Assembly: GCA_964533265.1 (NCBI GenBank) | Contig: CAZHJW010000002.1 | Location: forward strand, 1 to 53,943 | DNA: 53,943 nucleotides | Source: an uncultured Pedosphaera sp. | Lineage (GTDB): Bacteria; Verrucomicrobiota; Verrucomicrobiia; Limisphaerales; UBA1100 | Direction of reading: 5' to 3' | Shown: piece by piece, positions 1 to 9,537 of the stretch | Layout of the letters: the number at the start of each line of letters is the position of its first letter | Position numbering within the stretch: position 1 is the stretch's first letter | Translations under genes and position numbers: made by a program | The notes under the pieces: model-generated | Told to the model about the DNA's origin: nothing | The model's database searches: none | Seen by the model: the letters and a program-made list of their open reading frames with translations, nothing else

Positions 1-60
1 GTGCCGGTACGGGTGCAGGCGCTCCGCCAGGTGCCGGTACGGGTGCTGGAGCTCCACTAG
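1..60. repeat. 30-nt tandem direct repeat x2 (coding, inside the P/A/G-rich CDS)
   Basis: gtgccggtacgggtgcaggcgctccgccag (1-30) versus gtgccggtacgggtgctggagctccactag (31-60). 26 of 30 positions are identical by direct comparison. It may continue beyond the window edge. Confidence 0.8.
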
Positions 61-328
61 GAGCAGTGCCAGGAAGAACAACACGCTGAGTCGCCGGTGG
101 ACCAGATGCAGGGGCTCCGCCAGGTGCAGGGGCTCCGCCAGGTGCAGGGGCTCCGCCACCTTTTCCCGGCAAACTAATTCGTATGGTATTCTTAGCGTCA
201 GGTTTGGGAGGAAGCCCAATTCGGACGGTAGCTTTTTTCTGCGTAGGCGCAGCTGCAGCCGGAGGAGGCGGTCCTCCCGTAGGTGGGGCTGCTCCCGGAG
301 GCGGCTGTGGTGCAGGCGGTGCCGACAT
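1..328 (-). CDS. Pro/Ala/Gly-rich low-complexity protein, N-terminal 109 codons (gene continues past the window start)
   Basis: The minus-strand frame is open from ATG (complement of 326-328) to the window edge. Translation: MSAPPAPQPPPGAAPPTGGPPPPAAAAPTQKKATVRIGLPPKPDAKNTIRISLPGKGGGAPAPGGAPAPGGAPASGPPATQRVVLPGTAPSGAPAPVPAPGGAPAPVPA. It is absent from the ORF track because there is no stop inside the window. Plus frame 1 hits TAG at 58-60. Low-complexity composition makes the coding call less certain. Confidence 0.55.
   Translation of the reverse strand, partial: MSAPPAPQPPPGAAPPTGGPPPPAAAAPTQKKATVRIGLPPKPDAKNTIRISLPGKGGGAPAPGGAPAPGGAPASGPPATQRVVLPGTAPSGAPAPVPAPGGAPAPVPA
111..160. repeat. 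18-nt tandem direct repeat, about 2.8 copies (encodes GGAPAP units on the minus strand)
   Basis: ggggctccgccaggtgca at 111-128 and 129-146 is identical. A partial third copy ggggctccgcca lies at 147-158. Confidence 0.85.
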
Positions 329-675
329 GTTTTAAACAAGGTCAGGGTGACAACCAAAAGCCACCAATCCCCTCAAATCAATTTACCACAGTTGTAATCG
401 CGGGCAAGGTTAATCAATTTAAGTACCTTTAATTAACCTGACAAATTGAAACTGCCAACGGTAAGCCATCCCAGTACGATTAAGAGCCCTAGTCAGCCAT
501 CTGTTGTACAGCAAGCGACGGATTATTTTGTCCTAAGAATCCGAGACTTTTCTGCTTTCTTTGCAGTGTTACGATGGTTATCGAAAATATGCAGCTCACC
601 CCTTCTCACAAAATGAGATTGGTTTACATATTGTCGAATTTCATTCAAACCGTTAAAGTCTACTGGTTGCATAAA

Positions 676-3423
676 ATGAGAGTTTTTGTCGCCATTTTCC
701 TGCTGAGCAATTTTGTCCAATTGCAGGCCAAACCCATCCTATTTGAGAAAGATATCCGGCCGATTCTAAAAGCGCATTGTTTTCATTGCCACGGTGAGGA
801 TGGCAAATTCAAAGGTGACCTCGATCTGCGATTGCGCCACCTGATTCTGGACGGTGGTGAACACGGGCCAGCCATCGTGGCCGGACAACCCAACAAAAGT
901 CTACTTCTGCAAAATATTCGCAGTGGCAAGATGCCCAAAGGACAAGCCAAACTCGCTGATGAAGACATTGCTCGGATCAGTGAGTGGATTACGCAAGGGG
1001 CCAAGACCTCGCGACCTGAACCGGAGGATCCGGATTCAGTGCTAATCACCGAGGAAGAACGCAATTTCTGGCTGTTCCAGCCAATCAAGAACTCGCCTGT
1101 GCCAAAAGATACAAAGAACCCCATCGATGCCTTTATCCTTCGCAAGCTAAAGGTCAAAGGCCTTAATTTCTCGCCACCAACCGACAAACGCACGCTCATC
1201 CGACGTGCTACATTTGACCTCATCGGTTTACCGCCCACACGGGGAGAGATCAAAAACTTTATTGAGGACCAATCGCCTGAAGCCTACTCCAAGCTCATTG
1301 ACCGCCTGCTCTCCTCACCACAGTACGGTGTACGTTGGGGCCGGCACTGGCTGGACGTAGCCGGCTACGCCGATTCCGAGGGCTATAATGAGAAGGATAC
1401 AGAGCGCGCGTGGGCATGGCGTTATCGCGATTACGTGGTCAATGCCTTCAACAAGGACATCCCTTGGGATCAATTCATCACCGAGCAACTCGCCGGCGAT
1501 GAGATGGTAAAGCCACCTTACAAGGAATTAAAACCCGAGCAAATCAACCGGCTCACCGCCACCGGTTTCCTGCGCATGGCGCCTGATGGCACCGGCTCAG
1601 TAAACAACGACGAGGCGCGCAATCAGGTGATGGCCGAAACGCTCAAGATCGTGTCTACCTCGCTGATGGGCATGACCGTGGGATGCGCTCAATGCCACGA
1701 TCACCGTTATGACCCAATTCCTCAACGTGATTACTACCAACTGCGCGCAATCTTTGAGCCCGCCCTCAATCCAAAGAAATGGCTAGCCCCCAGCAGTCGC
1801 CGGATCACTCTCTACACTGATGCCGACCGTAAAAAATCCTCAGATATTGAGACAAAGGCCAAGAAGATCGATACTGCGCGTCAGAAGAAAATAGACTTTT
1901 TTATAGAACAAACACTCACTTGGAAGCTTGAGACAATCCCTGAAGAAGCACGAAACCCACTACGTAAAGCGTACCGAACCGACTCAAAAAACCGAACCGC
2001 CGCTCAAAACGCGTTGCTAAAAAAATATCCCAGCGTGCGCCAAATCAGCGCAGGATCGCTATATCTTTATGATCGTGAATACAACGAAGAAATCAACAAG
2101 CTCACCACCAAACGTAAAAAGAGTCTAGAAAAGTTCCTTAAACGAACACGCGAAAAACTTGCCGATAAAGAAGATCTTAAAATCGATGAAAAGTCCCTAG
2201 CGAAACACGATCCTGAGGGGACAGAGGAACTGAAGCATATCGACGAACGCATCAAGTTTTTCAAGGAAGCGCTCAGCAAAAAAGTGCTCGATGACATGGC
2301 AAAAAAGGCCAAGGATATCCGTGCCACCAAGCCGGAAGAACCTTACATCCGTGCCCTAACCGAACCCTCGGCAACCCCGCCTTCAACACACGTTTTTTTT
2401 CGTGGTAACCACGATCAACCCAAGGATGTAGTAAAGCCATCAGATCTCACCGTTGTATCCTTCTCTGAAAATGTCATTCCCGATAACAACAATACCCTCC
2501 CCTCCACTGGGAGGCGAATCACATTTGCCAAGCATCTCACCAACGGCAAACATCCGCTCACTGCACGCGTACTAGTAAACCGTTTTTGGATGCACCACTT
2601 CGGACAAGGTATCGTCAATACCCCAGGAGACTTTGGTAAGCTTGGTGAACTTCCCAGTCATCCTGAGTTGCTTGACTGGCTGGCCACCGATTTCATGAAA
2701 AACGGGTGGCGTCTCAAGCGCCTGCACAAGCTCATTATGACCAGTCAGACCTACCGTCAGGTTACCCTTAGAAGCGTCCGGCAAGATAAAATTGACCCGG
2801 ACAATCGCCTGCTCGGCCGGATGAATGTGCGCCGTATGGAAGCCGAAATCGTTCGTGACGCCATACTAGAATTGAGTGGACGTATAAACCTAAAGATGCA
2901 CGGAAAACCTGTGTCTGTATCCGAAAACGAAGATGGACAGGTCGTTGTGGGGGTCAACACCACTGATAGCGCCAACCGACCCACCGGAAAAAAAGTTGAT
3001 CTTAAAGGTGAACAATTCAGGAGGAGCCTTTATGTGCAGGTTCGCAGATCCCTCAAACTTTCCTTTCTGGATGCCTTTGATGCCCCCACCATGGAGCCCA
3101 ACTGCACCAAAAGGCCTGTTTCAACCGTTGCACCGCAGGCATTAATCTTCATGAACAACCTGTTTGTGGTTGACCAAAGTAAAGACATGGCTGCGAAACT
3201 ACAAAAACTGGCCACCGACGATCTCGATGCCCAGCTGGCAATCGGCTGGGAACACGCCTTTGGGCAAACGGCGACTGACTCGGAACTTTCACATTCTCGT
3301 AAGTTTGTTCACCAGCAAACCGCCCTTTTCAAAGAACGCAAAGACAAGACACCAGAGCTGACCGCATTGGCCAACTTTTGCCAGGCGTTAATGAGTGCGA
3401 ATCGATTCGTGTATGTCTACTGA
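676..3423 (+). CDS. PSCyt1 / DUF1549 / DUF1553 family protein (PVC-type cytochrome-c-like domain protein)
   Basis: ORF 574-3423. The probable start is ATG 676, giving a signal-like N-terminus MRVFVAIFLLSNFVQLQA. CFHCH lies at 778-792 in the context ILKAHCFHCHGEDGKFKGDLDLR (planctomycete cytochrome C-like). DAFILRKL...LIGLPPT...SPQYGVRWGRHWLDVAGYADSEG is DUF1549-like. GCAQCHDHRYDP is DUF1553-like. Confidence 0.9.
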   Translation: MRVFVAIFLLSNFVQLQAKPILFEKDIRPILKAHCFHCHGEDGKFKGDLDLRLRHLILDGGEHGPAIVAGQPNKSLLLQNIRSGKMPKGQAKLADEDIARISEWITQGAKTSRPEPEDPDSVLITEEERNFWLFQPIKNSPVPKDTKNPIDAFILRKLKVKGLNFSPPTDKRTLIRRATFDLIGLPPTRGEIKNFIEDQSPEAYSKLIDRLLSSPQYGVRWGRHWLDVAGYADSEGYNEKDTERAWAWRYRDYVVNAFNKDIPWDQFITEQLAGDEMVKPPYKELKPEQINRLTATGFLRMAPDGTGSVNNDEARNQVMAETLKIVSTSLMGMTVGCAQCHDHRYDPIPQRDYYQLRAIFEPALNPKKWLAPSSRRITLYTDADRKKSSDIETKAKKIDTARQKKIDFFIEQTLTWKLETIPEEARNPLRKAYRTDSKNRTAAQNALLKKYPSVRQISAGSLYLYDREYNEEINKLTTKRKKSLEKFLKRTREKLADKEDLKIDEKSLAKHDPEGTEELKHIDERIKFFKEALSKKVLDDMAKKAKDIRATKPEEPYIRALTEPSATPPSTHVFFRGNHDQPKDVVKPSDLTVVSFSENVIPDNNNTLPSTGRRITFAKHLTNGKHPLTARVLVNRFWMHHFGQGIVNTPGDFGKLGELPSHPELLDWLATDFMKNGWRLKRLHKLIMTSQTYRQVTLRSVRQDKIDPDNRLLGRMNVRRMEAEIVRDAILELSGRINLKMHGKPVSVSENEDGQVVVGVNTTDSANRPTGKKVDLKGEQFRRSLYVQVRRSLKLSFLDAFDAPTMEPNCTKRPVSTVAPQALIFMNNLFVVDQSKDMAAKLQKLATDDLDAQLAIGWEHAFGQTATDSELSHSRKFVHQQTALFKERKDKTPELTALANFCQALMSANRFVYVY

Positions 3424-4852
3424 CAATACCCAACAACTTTCCAGTCGCAGACATTTCCTTGCGCAAAACGCCATGGGGATTGGCAGCCTTGCCTTCACCT
3501 GGCTTTTGCAACGCGAGGGTTTACTGGCAAACCCCGTGAAGCCAGATCTGGAGGCAACTAAACATAGTCTATTACCCAAGCATCCACACCACCAGCCGCG
3601 GGCCAAGGCAATGGTTTCATTTTTTATGCAGGGCGGCCCAAGCCAGGTGGATTTGTGTGATCCAAAACCGCTGCTCGACAAATGGGCCGGCAAAGATTTC
3701 CCAGAGAAAATCAAATATGACAACGCCGCGCAAGCCAGTAGCAAGGTGATGCCCAGCCCATGGTCATTCAAAAAACATGGCCAAAGCGGCATGGACTTTT
3801 CCTCGCTATTGCCAGGCTTCAGCGAAATTTCAGACGAATTGTGCCTTATCCGTAGCATGCACACCGGCGTTAACAACCACGGTCAATCCATACACGCGCT
3901 TAACAGTGGACGAACCATTGCCGGACGACCTGCACTCGGCAGCTGGCTTACCTATGGGCTTGGCAGCGAAAATCAAAACCTGCCCGCCTACATGGTGTTG
4001 CGTGACCCATCCAGCCTGCCTGTATTGGGTACATTCAACTGGTCGGCAGGCTGGCTACCGAGCCTGTATCAAGGAACCATGATACGCGCAAAGGAACCAC
4101 GTATTTTGAATCTGACTTCTCCATCACATTTACGGGGTAAACCTCAGGAAAATTATCTAAATTTTCTGGGAGAATTAAACCTGCAAAAGGCTGTACAGGG
4201 AGAACTGGATTTGGAGGCGCGAATTGCCAGCTTTGAACTGGCAGCCCGTATGCAGACCGCAGCGGCGGAGGTGATGGACGTTTCAGGTGAAAGTGAAGCA
4301 ACCCAGAAATTGTACGGATTAGATGTGGATGAAACTAAGGAATTTGGAACCCGCTGTCTCATTGCCAGAAGACTCATTGAACGTGGGGTGCGCTTCGTAC
4401 AAGTATTCACTAGGAATCAGTACTGGGATCATCACGGCAACATTAAAAACTCCCTGCCCGCATCATGTAAAAAAATTGACCGGCCCATTGCCGCATTGGT
4501 GAAAGATTTAAAAAGCCGTGGGTTGCTCGATAGCACAGTTGTTCATTGGGGTGGCGAGATGGGCCGGCTGCCAGTCATCCAGAACGAGAAAAGCCCTGGC
4601 CGCGACCACAATACCTATGGCTTCTCAATGTGGCTCGCTGGCGGAGGCTTCAAAGGTGGACATATTCAAGGAGCCACTGATGAATGGGGACACCGAGCCG
4701 TGGAAGGCACAGTGAACCATTACGATTACCACGCCACTCTATTACACCTCTTTGGCTTGAACCACACACGTTTGACTTACAAAAGGGCAAGTCAGGAACA
4801 AACCCTCACCGACGGGCAACCCGGCAATGTAGTGAAAGAGATATTGGCGTGA
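3413..4852 (+). CDS. DUF1501 family protein (sulfatase-fold, twin-arginine signal), copy 1
   Basis: ORF 3395-4852. ATG 3413 overlaps the upstream stop (3421-3423). Tat-like SRRHFLAQNAMGIGSLAF. Family-typical blocks MQGGPSQVDLCDPKP, IRSMHTG, GRDHN, WLAGGGFKGG. It sits downstream of a DUF1553 gene, the usual pairing. Confidence 0.9.
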   Translation: MSTDNTQQLSSRRHFLAQNAMGIGSLAFTWLLQREGLLANPVKPDLEATKHSLLPKHPHHQPRAKAMVSFFMQGGPSQVDLCDPKPLLDKWAGKDFPEKIKYDNAAQASSKVMPSPWSFKKHGQSGMDFSSLLPGFSEISDELCLIRSMHTGVNNHGQSIHALNSGRTIAGRPALGSWLTYGLGSENQNLPAYMVLRDPSSLPVLGTFNWSAGWLPSLYQGTMIRAKEPRILNLTSPSHLRGKPQENYLNFLGELNLQKAVQGELDLEARIASFELAARMQTAAAEVMDVSGESEATQKLYGLDVDETKEFGTRCLIARRLIERGVRFVQVFTRNQYWDHHGNIKNSLPASCKKIDRPIAALVKDLKSRGLLDSTVVHWGGEMGRLPVIQNEKSPGRDHNTYGFSMWLAGGGFKGGHIQGATDEWGHRAVEGTVNHYDYHATLLHLFGLNHTRLTYKRASQEQTLTDGQPGNVVKEILA

Positions 4853-6291
4853 ACGCCCCACTTGTCCAACAAACCCGTCGCCATTTTCTTTTCCAGAAAA
4901 CGATGGGTATCGGTGGAGTAGCACTCGCGTGGCTTCTCAATCGAGAAAGCCTTCTTGCCACGCCCAAAGATATTCCACGCACCCAAAACCGATTTGATCT
5001 CAAGCCTAAAGTTTCGCACTTTGCCTCCAAGGCAAAAGCGATGATCTCGTTATTCATGCACGGTGGTCCAAGCCACATGGACCTGACTGATCCCAAACCA
5101 TATCTGTCACGATTTGACGGTACGGATTATGCAGGAAGCGTTGATTACAGCTTCGCCAATGAAGCCAGTCGTAAACTATTCGGCAGCCCCTGGAAATTTA
5201 GTCGGCACGGCCAATGTGGCATGGATTTTAGCGAATTATTGCCATACACGGCGAAGATTGCTGATGAACTTTGCATGATCCGTAGCATGCACACTGGTCA
5301 CAACGGTCATGAAGTTTCAATCCGCTACATAAACGCCGGCATCCCCGGCGTGACAGGCCGTCCCAGCCTCGGTGCCTGGCTGACCTACGGTTTGGGTAGC
5401 GAAAACGATGAACTGCCGGCGTACATGGTCTTGAAAGACCCCGGTGGCAGCCCAGTCGACGGCAATCATAATTGGAATAACGGCTGGCTCCCGAGCCTTT
5501 ATCAGGGAACTGTGTTGCGAGCCAAGGAGCCGCGAATCTTCAATCTGGATGCACCGAGTCATCTCCGTGGCAAACCACAGGAGAATTATCTGAACTTTTT
5601 GGGAGCCATCAATTCGGCTCTGGTGAGCAGGCATCCTCAGGAGGAAGCCCTTGAATCCCGTATTGCCAGCTTTGAACTGGCAGCCCGCATGCAAACAACC
5701 GCCAAAGAAGCCTTGGATATCGCCGGGGAAAGCGAGTCCACCAAGAAACTTTACGGCATCGACCATAAGGATACGAAGGAATACGGCACTCGCTGCTTGA
5801 TAGCCCGAAGACTCGTAGAACGTGGCGTGAGGTTTGTGCAACTTTTCCTCAATGGCCAACCCTGGGACAATCATGAGAACATTCATAGTGCCCTCCCCTC
5901 CATCTGCCGCCGCACAGACCAACCCGCAGCTGCATTGGTGACCGATTTGAAACAACGCGGATTACTGAACTCCACAATTGTTCATTGGGGTGGGGAAATC
6001 GGCCGTTTGCCAGTAGTCCAATCACGATCTAAACCTGGTCGTGACCATAACGGGCAGGGTTTCAGCACCTGGCTCGCCGGTGGTGGCTTCAAACCCGGAA
6101 CTATATATGGCGAAACCGATGAAGTCGGTCACCGCGCTACAGTAAACAAAGTTACTGCCAATGACTACCAAGCCACTCTCCTTCACCAATTTGGATTGAA
6201 TCACAACGAACTCATCTACCACCACGGTGGTCGGTCTCAGAAATTGACTAACGACCGGCCTGCTCGTGTGGTGAAGGAAATTATTTCATAA
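4849..6291 (+). CDS. DUF1501 family protein, copy 2 (tandem paralogue)
   Basis: ORF 4684-6291. The likely start is GTG 4849, forming a GTGA overlap with the copy-1 stop at 4850-4852, which retains the Tat motif TRRHFLFQKTMGIGGVALAWL. The same blocks as copy 1 are present (MHGGPSHMDLTDPKP, IRSMHTG, GRDHN, WLAGGGFKPG). Confidence 0.88.
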   Translation: MNAPLVQQTRRHFLFQKTMGIGGVALAWLLNRESLLATPKDIPRTQNRFDLKPKVSHFASKAKAMISLFMHGGPSHMDLTDPKPYLSRFDGTDYAGSVDYSFANEASRKLFGSPWKFSRHGQCGMDFSELLPYTAKIADELCMIRSMHTGHNGHEVSIRYINAGIPGVTGRPSLGAWLTYGLGSENDELPAYMVLKDPGGSPVDGNHNWNNGWLPSLYQGTVLRAKEPRIFNLDAPSHLRGKPQENYLNFLGAINSALVSRHPQEEALESRIASFELAARMQTTAKEALDIAGESESTKKLYGIDHKDTKEYGTRCLIARRLVERGVRFVQLFLNGQPWDNHENIHSALPSICRRTDQPAAALVTDLKQRGLLNSTIVHWGGEIGRLPVVQSRSKPGRDHNGQGFSTWLAGGGFKPGTIYGETDEVGHRATVNKVTANDYQATLLHQFGLNHNELIYHHGGRSQKLTNDRPARVVKEIIS

Positions 6292-6987
6292 TCAAATCCG
6301 CTCTCCGGAATAAACGGTGATTTCCGATCCCTCGGCAAAAACCATAGTATCCGGATCGCCCGCAAGAGCCTCTTCCCACTGTGATCCATAGATCTCTTTT
6401 AGGTTTAAATCATAGCGATCTAAATCAACAGAACGTGTTCGCCAAGTTGTGTGTTCCACCTGGTATTCCATTGATACGTTATTTTTTTGGGTATTATAGC
6501 CCCAATAATGCTCGGTGATGAAGAGCTCCATCTCATTCTGATCTCTCCAAGGACCATTGGCTTTCAATCCTATCCCTTGCCATTCGTTGCCCAACTGCAG
6601 TTCATATAAGGCTCCTTCCTCGTTCACTTTTTGGCGCATGGGTAATGTCGCATAAGGTTCATTGTATAGTGTTCGAGCAACCCAACCGACCAACGGGTGC
6701 GGCGTCAGTTCCTGAACAAATACAACACCCCGTCTTACTTCGCCTTGCATCTCACGTTTGACATAAAAACGCAGATTAATCTCAGGGAAATCCTGATATC
6801 CGAATGCCGGCACACCTTTGACCGACATATCAAGAAAACGGAATCCAACCAAGCTGGCCCAGCAATCACCTTCCCAGCGGTCCAGCTCCACCCCAGAGGG
6901 CAAATATGGGGTCAATAAACTTTCTTTCACTCGCCAGTTAAGCAGCACCAAATCACGCCAAGCAGCGGTCAAAAAAGGCCTCGCCAT
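6292..6987 (-). CDS. DUF2071 (COG3361)-like conserved hypothetical protein
   Basis: 231-aa ORF with an ATG start. The N-terminus MARPFLTAAWRDLVLLNWRV and the block FPEINLRFYVKRE match my recollection of the DUF2071 family consensus. No function is known. Confidence 0.75.
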   Translation of the reverse strand: MARPFLTAAWRDLVLLNWRVKESLLTPYLPSGVELDRWEGDCWASLVGFRFLDMSVKGVPAFGYQDFPEINLRFYVKREMQGEVRRGVVFVQELTPHPLVGWVARTLYNEPYATLPMRQKVNEEGALYELQLGNEWQGIGLKANGPWRDQNEMELFITEHYWGYNTQKNNVSMEYQVEHTTWRTRSVDLDRYDLNLKEIYGSQWEEALAGDPDTMVFAEGSEITVYSGERI

Positions 6988-7043
6988 AGGTTACCTTAGC
7001 ATGCCCTTCTCCCAAACCCAAAATGTTTGGTAGAATTGCTCAG

Positions 7044-9506
7044 TCACCTCGAAAAAAGAATTCCTTGTGAATCCTCCAATCGCCAATCATCTGGCTTTAC
7101 TGTCAATCGGATGCCACCCAACTTGCGCACGCTGAAAACCTGTGCTCCGCTTGATCGTATCTCCTTGAGCCAATCAGTCGGAGCACGTTCAGTTACAGGG
7201 AAGTCACAATCGTGAATCAGAACCACTTTGGGCTGAACTAACCTTAGCATGCCTAAACCCAAAACTGAACTCCGATCCGGGACTGAAACCACCAGTACAT
7301 CCGCACGCAAATCTATATCACGTTTAATTAATGCCTGACGGCCTTCCCCTCCCAAATCGGACATCAATAAAATCCGTACTCCATGAAATTCCCCAACTAG
7401 CACCAGAGCATCATCCGAACTACGTGAATAATCCTCACCAAGGGCAGGATGAAGGACTTCCCAGTATCCAATCTTATCACCAGCTGAAACTATCCGTTTC
7501 CGATTGGAACTACCCAAAGTCTCCAACACCATTTTATGGACCTTTGATGTGCTACGAGCATGGCTTAAACAGACTTGTGCAACCGGTTGCTCTTCCAATA
7601 GGTCCACACACCCCCCCGCATGATGTTTCACCGAATGCGTAAGCACTAAGACTCCAACCTTGTCAGTCCCACGTGCGCGGAGATGTCTCGGAATTACATA
7701 TTCCACCATTCGTTCATCTCCACAATCAATCAACATCCCATTTTCCCCTTCCATATGTATGACCGGACCATCCGGCAGGAAGCTTATCCTCACTTCAATT
7801 CGATCTGCCTTCCATGCCCAGAATAGTGTTGAGACGAATACAACTATCACCCCAAGTAACCATGGCCGCAGCTTCGCCTTCAAAATCCAGCCTGCTCCAA
7901 TCGCGAATAATAGCACATACCATCCGATCATCATCCAAGGGTCTGGCGAACGTACATATTGCCAAGCCCCAGGCAAATCAGCCGCCCAGTGACTGATTGC
8001 CATCATCACGTTCATGTAAAACCACGCCGCATGATTAAAGAGCACTGAGACAGGCTCCAGCCACTCCCCAAATAATAAACTCGCCAAACAACTCGCCAAG
8101 GCTGCCATTCCGCATATCACCACCGGTACGTTGGCCAATAGAGCAACCGGATTGAACAAATTAAAGTGATGCGCCACCAACGGCAACGAGGCCAGCCAGG
8201 CTCCGAAGGAAACAGCTAGCGCACTAGCTAACCAATACGATGGCCAGAGAACCCATTGTCGCCACCGGGGCCACAATTGCTGCGGCAAATATGCATCCGG
8301 GCGAACCTGAGCGTGAAGCCACTCAACCACCGGTGGCACCACAATCGCTAAACTGAACACCACAGCAAACGACAGCTGGAAACTGGCTCTGAACAATTGC
8401 TGTGGATTCCACAGGAGAATCAGGAGCGCCGCCATTCCAAGTGAATTCAGCAGATTAACCGGCCTTTTGAACACCCACGCACTGAGCACCAAGGTAATCA
8501 TCGTCGTAGCTCGTACTGCTGAAGGTTGCCAGCCAGTCGCACCCGCATAAAACCAAAGCAATGGAATTGCCACCGCCCCAGCCCACTGACGGTTCATACT
8601 TATTACTCTAAGCAATGCCACCAAGATTCCTGCGACCAATGCCACATGTAAACCAGAGATGGCAAAGAGGTGCATTGTTCCTGAACGCATAAAGGGCTCA
8701 GCCGTTTCACCAGTTAAACCTGTGCGCCAACCAAGGCTCATCGCACATAATAACTCTATTGCGGGATCATTACTCGGGAACCCACGACTAAGCACTGACC
8801 GACCCCATTTCCGAAACCTTTCACTCCATGAAGGAGCGGGTAAATCCGGATAGACTGCCCATTTTGACAAAACATCTGCCCGCAACTCATGGTATATGCC
8901 AAGCCTAAGAAGTTGCCGACGGTGATCATAAAAATCCGGAGACGAAGCGCTTTCTGGAGGACTAAGTACGCCGTCCACTTGAATTTGTTTTCCAACGTTA
9001 TACGCCAAACCAAGTTTATTTGTTGTGATGACAACAACCCGCCCATACCCGACCTTCCATGATTCACGAAGGCGTATTGAGCTGACATCGACCGATAATT
9101 GCACACGTTCCCTCGTTCCAAAGCGCTGGATTTTTGGCGGTGCTATTATTCTACCTCTCACAGTGGCGATTACGCCATTTTCAGGAATAGTTCGTCGGAG
9201 ATCGTGAGGCGAAATGATCGAAGTTTCCCTCGTATAATTAAACCATCCCATCAAAACCACAATTGCCATAAGCAAAACGACCCTTGCTATCTCGCTGAGA
9301 CCGCCAGCCAAGTCCAATGGGCTTTCATAAAAATTCTGCCTCCCGATAGCAGTGGACAATCTTATAGCCAATTCATGGAACCCTATCCCAGCAAACCCAA
9401 CCATAATAAGTGCACCGAACAAAATGAAGAGGGGCACCTCAAAGTGATCTCCTAGAAACACTCCGAACCCGTAAAACACTGCTAGTATTAGAGCCGGGTA
9501 ATTCAC
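7044..9506 (-). CDS. comEC: DNA internalization-related competence protein ComEC/Rec2
   Basis: 820-aa ORF (GTG start at 9506). It has an N-terminal DUF4131-like OB region, a long polytopic Competence-type membrane core (TGETAEPFMRSGTMHLFAISGLHVALV) and a C-terminal metallo-beta-lactamase-like region (VLVLTHSVKHHAGG). Confidence 0.88.
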   Translation of the reverse strand: MNYPALILAVFYGFGVFLGDHFEVPLFILFGALIMVGFAGIGFHELAIRLSTAIGRQNFYESPLDLAGGLSEIARVVLLMAIVVLMGWFNYTRETSIISPHDLRRTIPENGVIATVRGRIIAPPKIQRFGTRERVQLSVDVSSIRLRESWKVGYGRVVVITTNKLGLAYNVGKQIQVDGVLSPPESASSPDFYDHRRQLLRLGIYHELRADVLSKWAVYPDLPAPSWSERFRKWGRSVLSRGFPSNDPAIELLCAMSLGWRTGLTGETAEPFMRSGTMHLFAISGLHVALVAGILVALLRVISMNRQWAGAVAIPLLWFYAGATGWQPSAVRATTMITLVLSAWVFKRPVNLLNSLGMAALLILLWNPQQLFRASFQLSFAVVFSLAIVVPPVVEWLHAQVRPDAYLPQQLWPRWRQWVLWPSYWLASALAVSFGAWLASLPLVAHHFNLFNPVALLANVPVVICGMAALASCLASLLFGEWLEPVSVLFNHAAWFYMNVMMAISHWAADLPGAWQYVRSPDPWMMIGWYVLLFAIGAGWILKAKLRPWLLGVIVVFVSTLFWAWKADRIEVRISFLPDGPVIHMEGENGMLIDCGDERMVEYVIPRHLRARGTDKVGVLVLTHSVKHHAGGCVDLLEEQPVAQVCLSHARSTSKVHKMVLETLGSSNRKRIVSAGDKIGYWEVLHPALGEDYSRSSDDALVLVGEFHGVRILLMSDLGGEGRQALIKRDIDLRADVLVVSVPDRSSVLGLGMLRLVQPKVVLIHDCDFPVTERAPTDWLKEIRSSGAQVFSVRKLGGIRLTVKPDDWRLEDSQGILFSR

Positions 9507-9537
9507 TAATGGAAATCTATCAATAAGGATGAAGTTG

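Noticed and set aside
1-160. Short direct repeats that might suggest a CRISPR array or satellite
   Set aside because: The units (30 nt and 18 nt) are directly adjacent with no spacers. They are in frame and encode P/A/G-rich peptide repeats. They are coding tandem repeats, not a CRISPR array.
5317-5955. 212-aa minus-strand ORF. Similar 130-160 aa ORFs occur at 3388-3876, 27784-28200, 29787-30218, 33599-34033, 40434-40862, 45519-45956 and 47022-47453.
   Set aside because: Each lies antisense or out of frame within a gene that has clear family motifs. They are typical shadow ORFs and have no independent support.
7012-7030. 6-bp stem hairpin ccaaac-N7-gtttgg just downstream of the comEC stop
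   Set aside because: The stem is short and AT-rich, and no U-tract follows on the minus strand. This is not enough to call a terminator.
6993-7253. 13-nt exact repeat accttagcatgcc (6993-7005 and 7241-7253), each followed by aaacccaaaa after a short indel
   Set aside because: One copy is in the comEC 3' coding region and the other is in the 56-nt spacer. With only two copies, no inverted-repeat or target-duplication structure, and 13-mers expected to recur by chance at this window size, I treat it as chance or a trivial local duplication.
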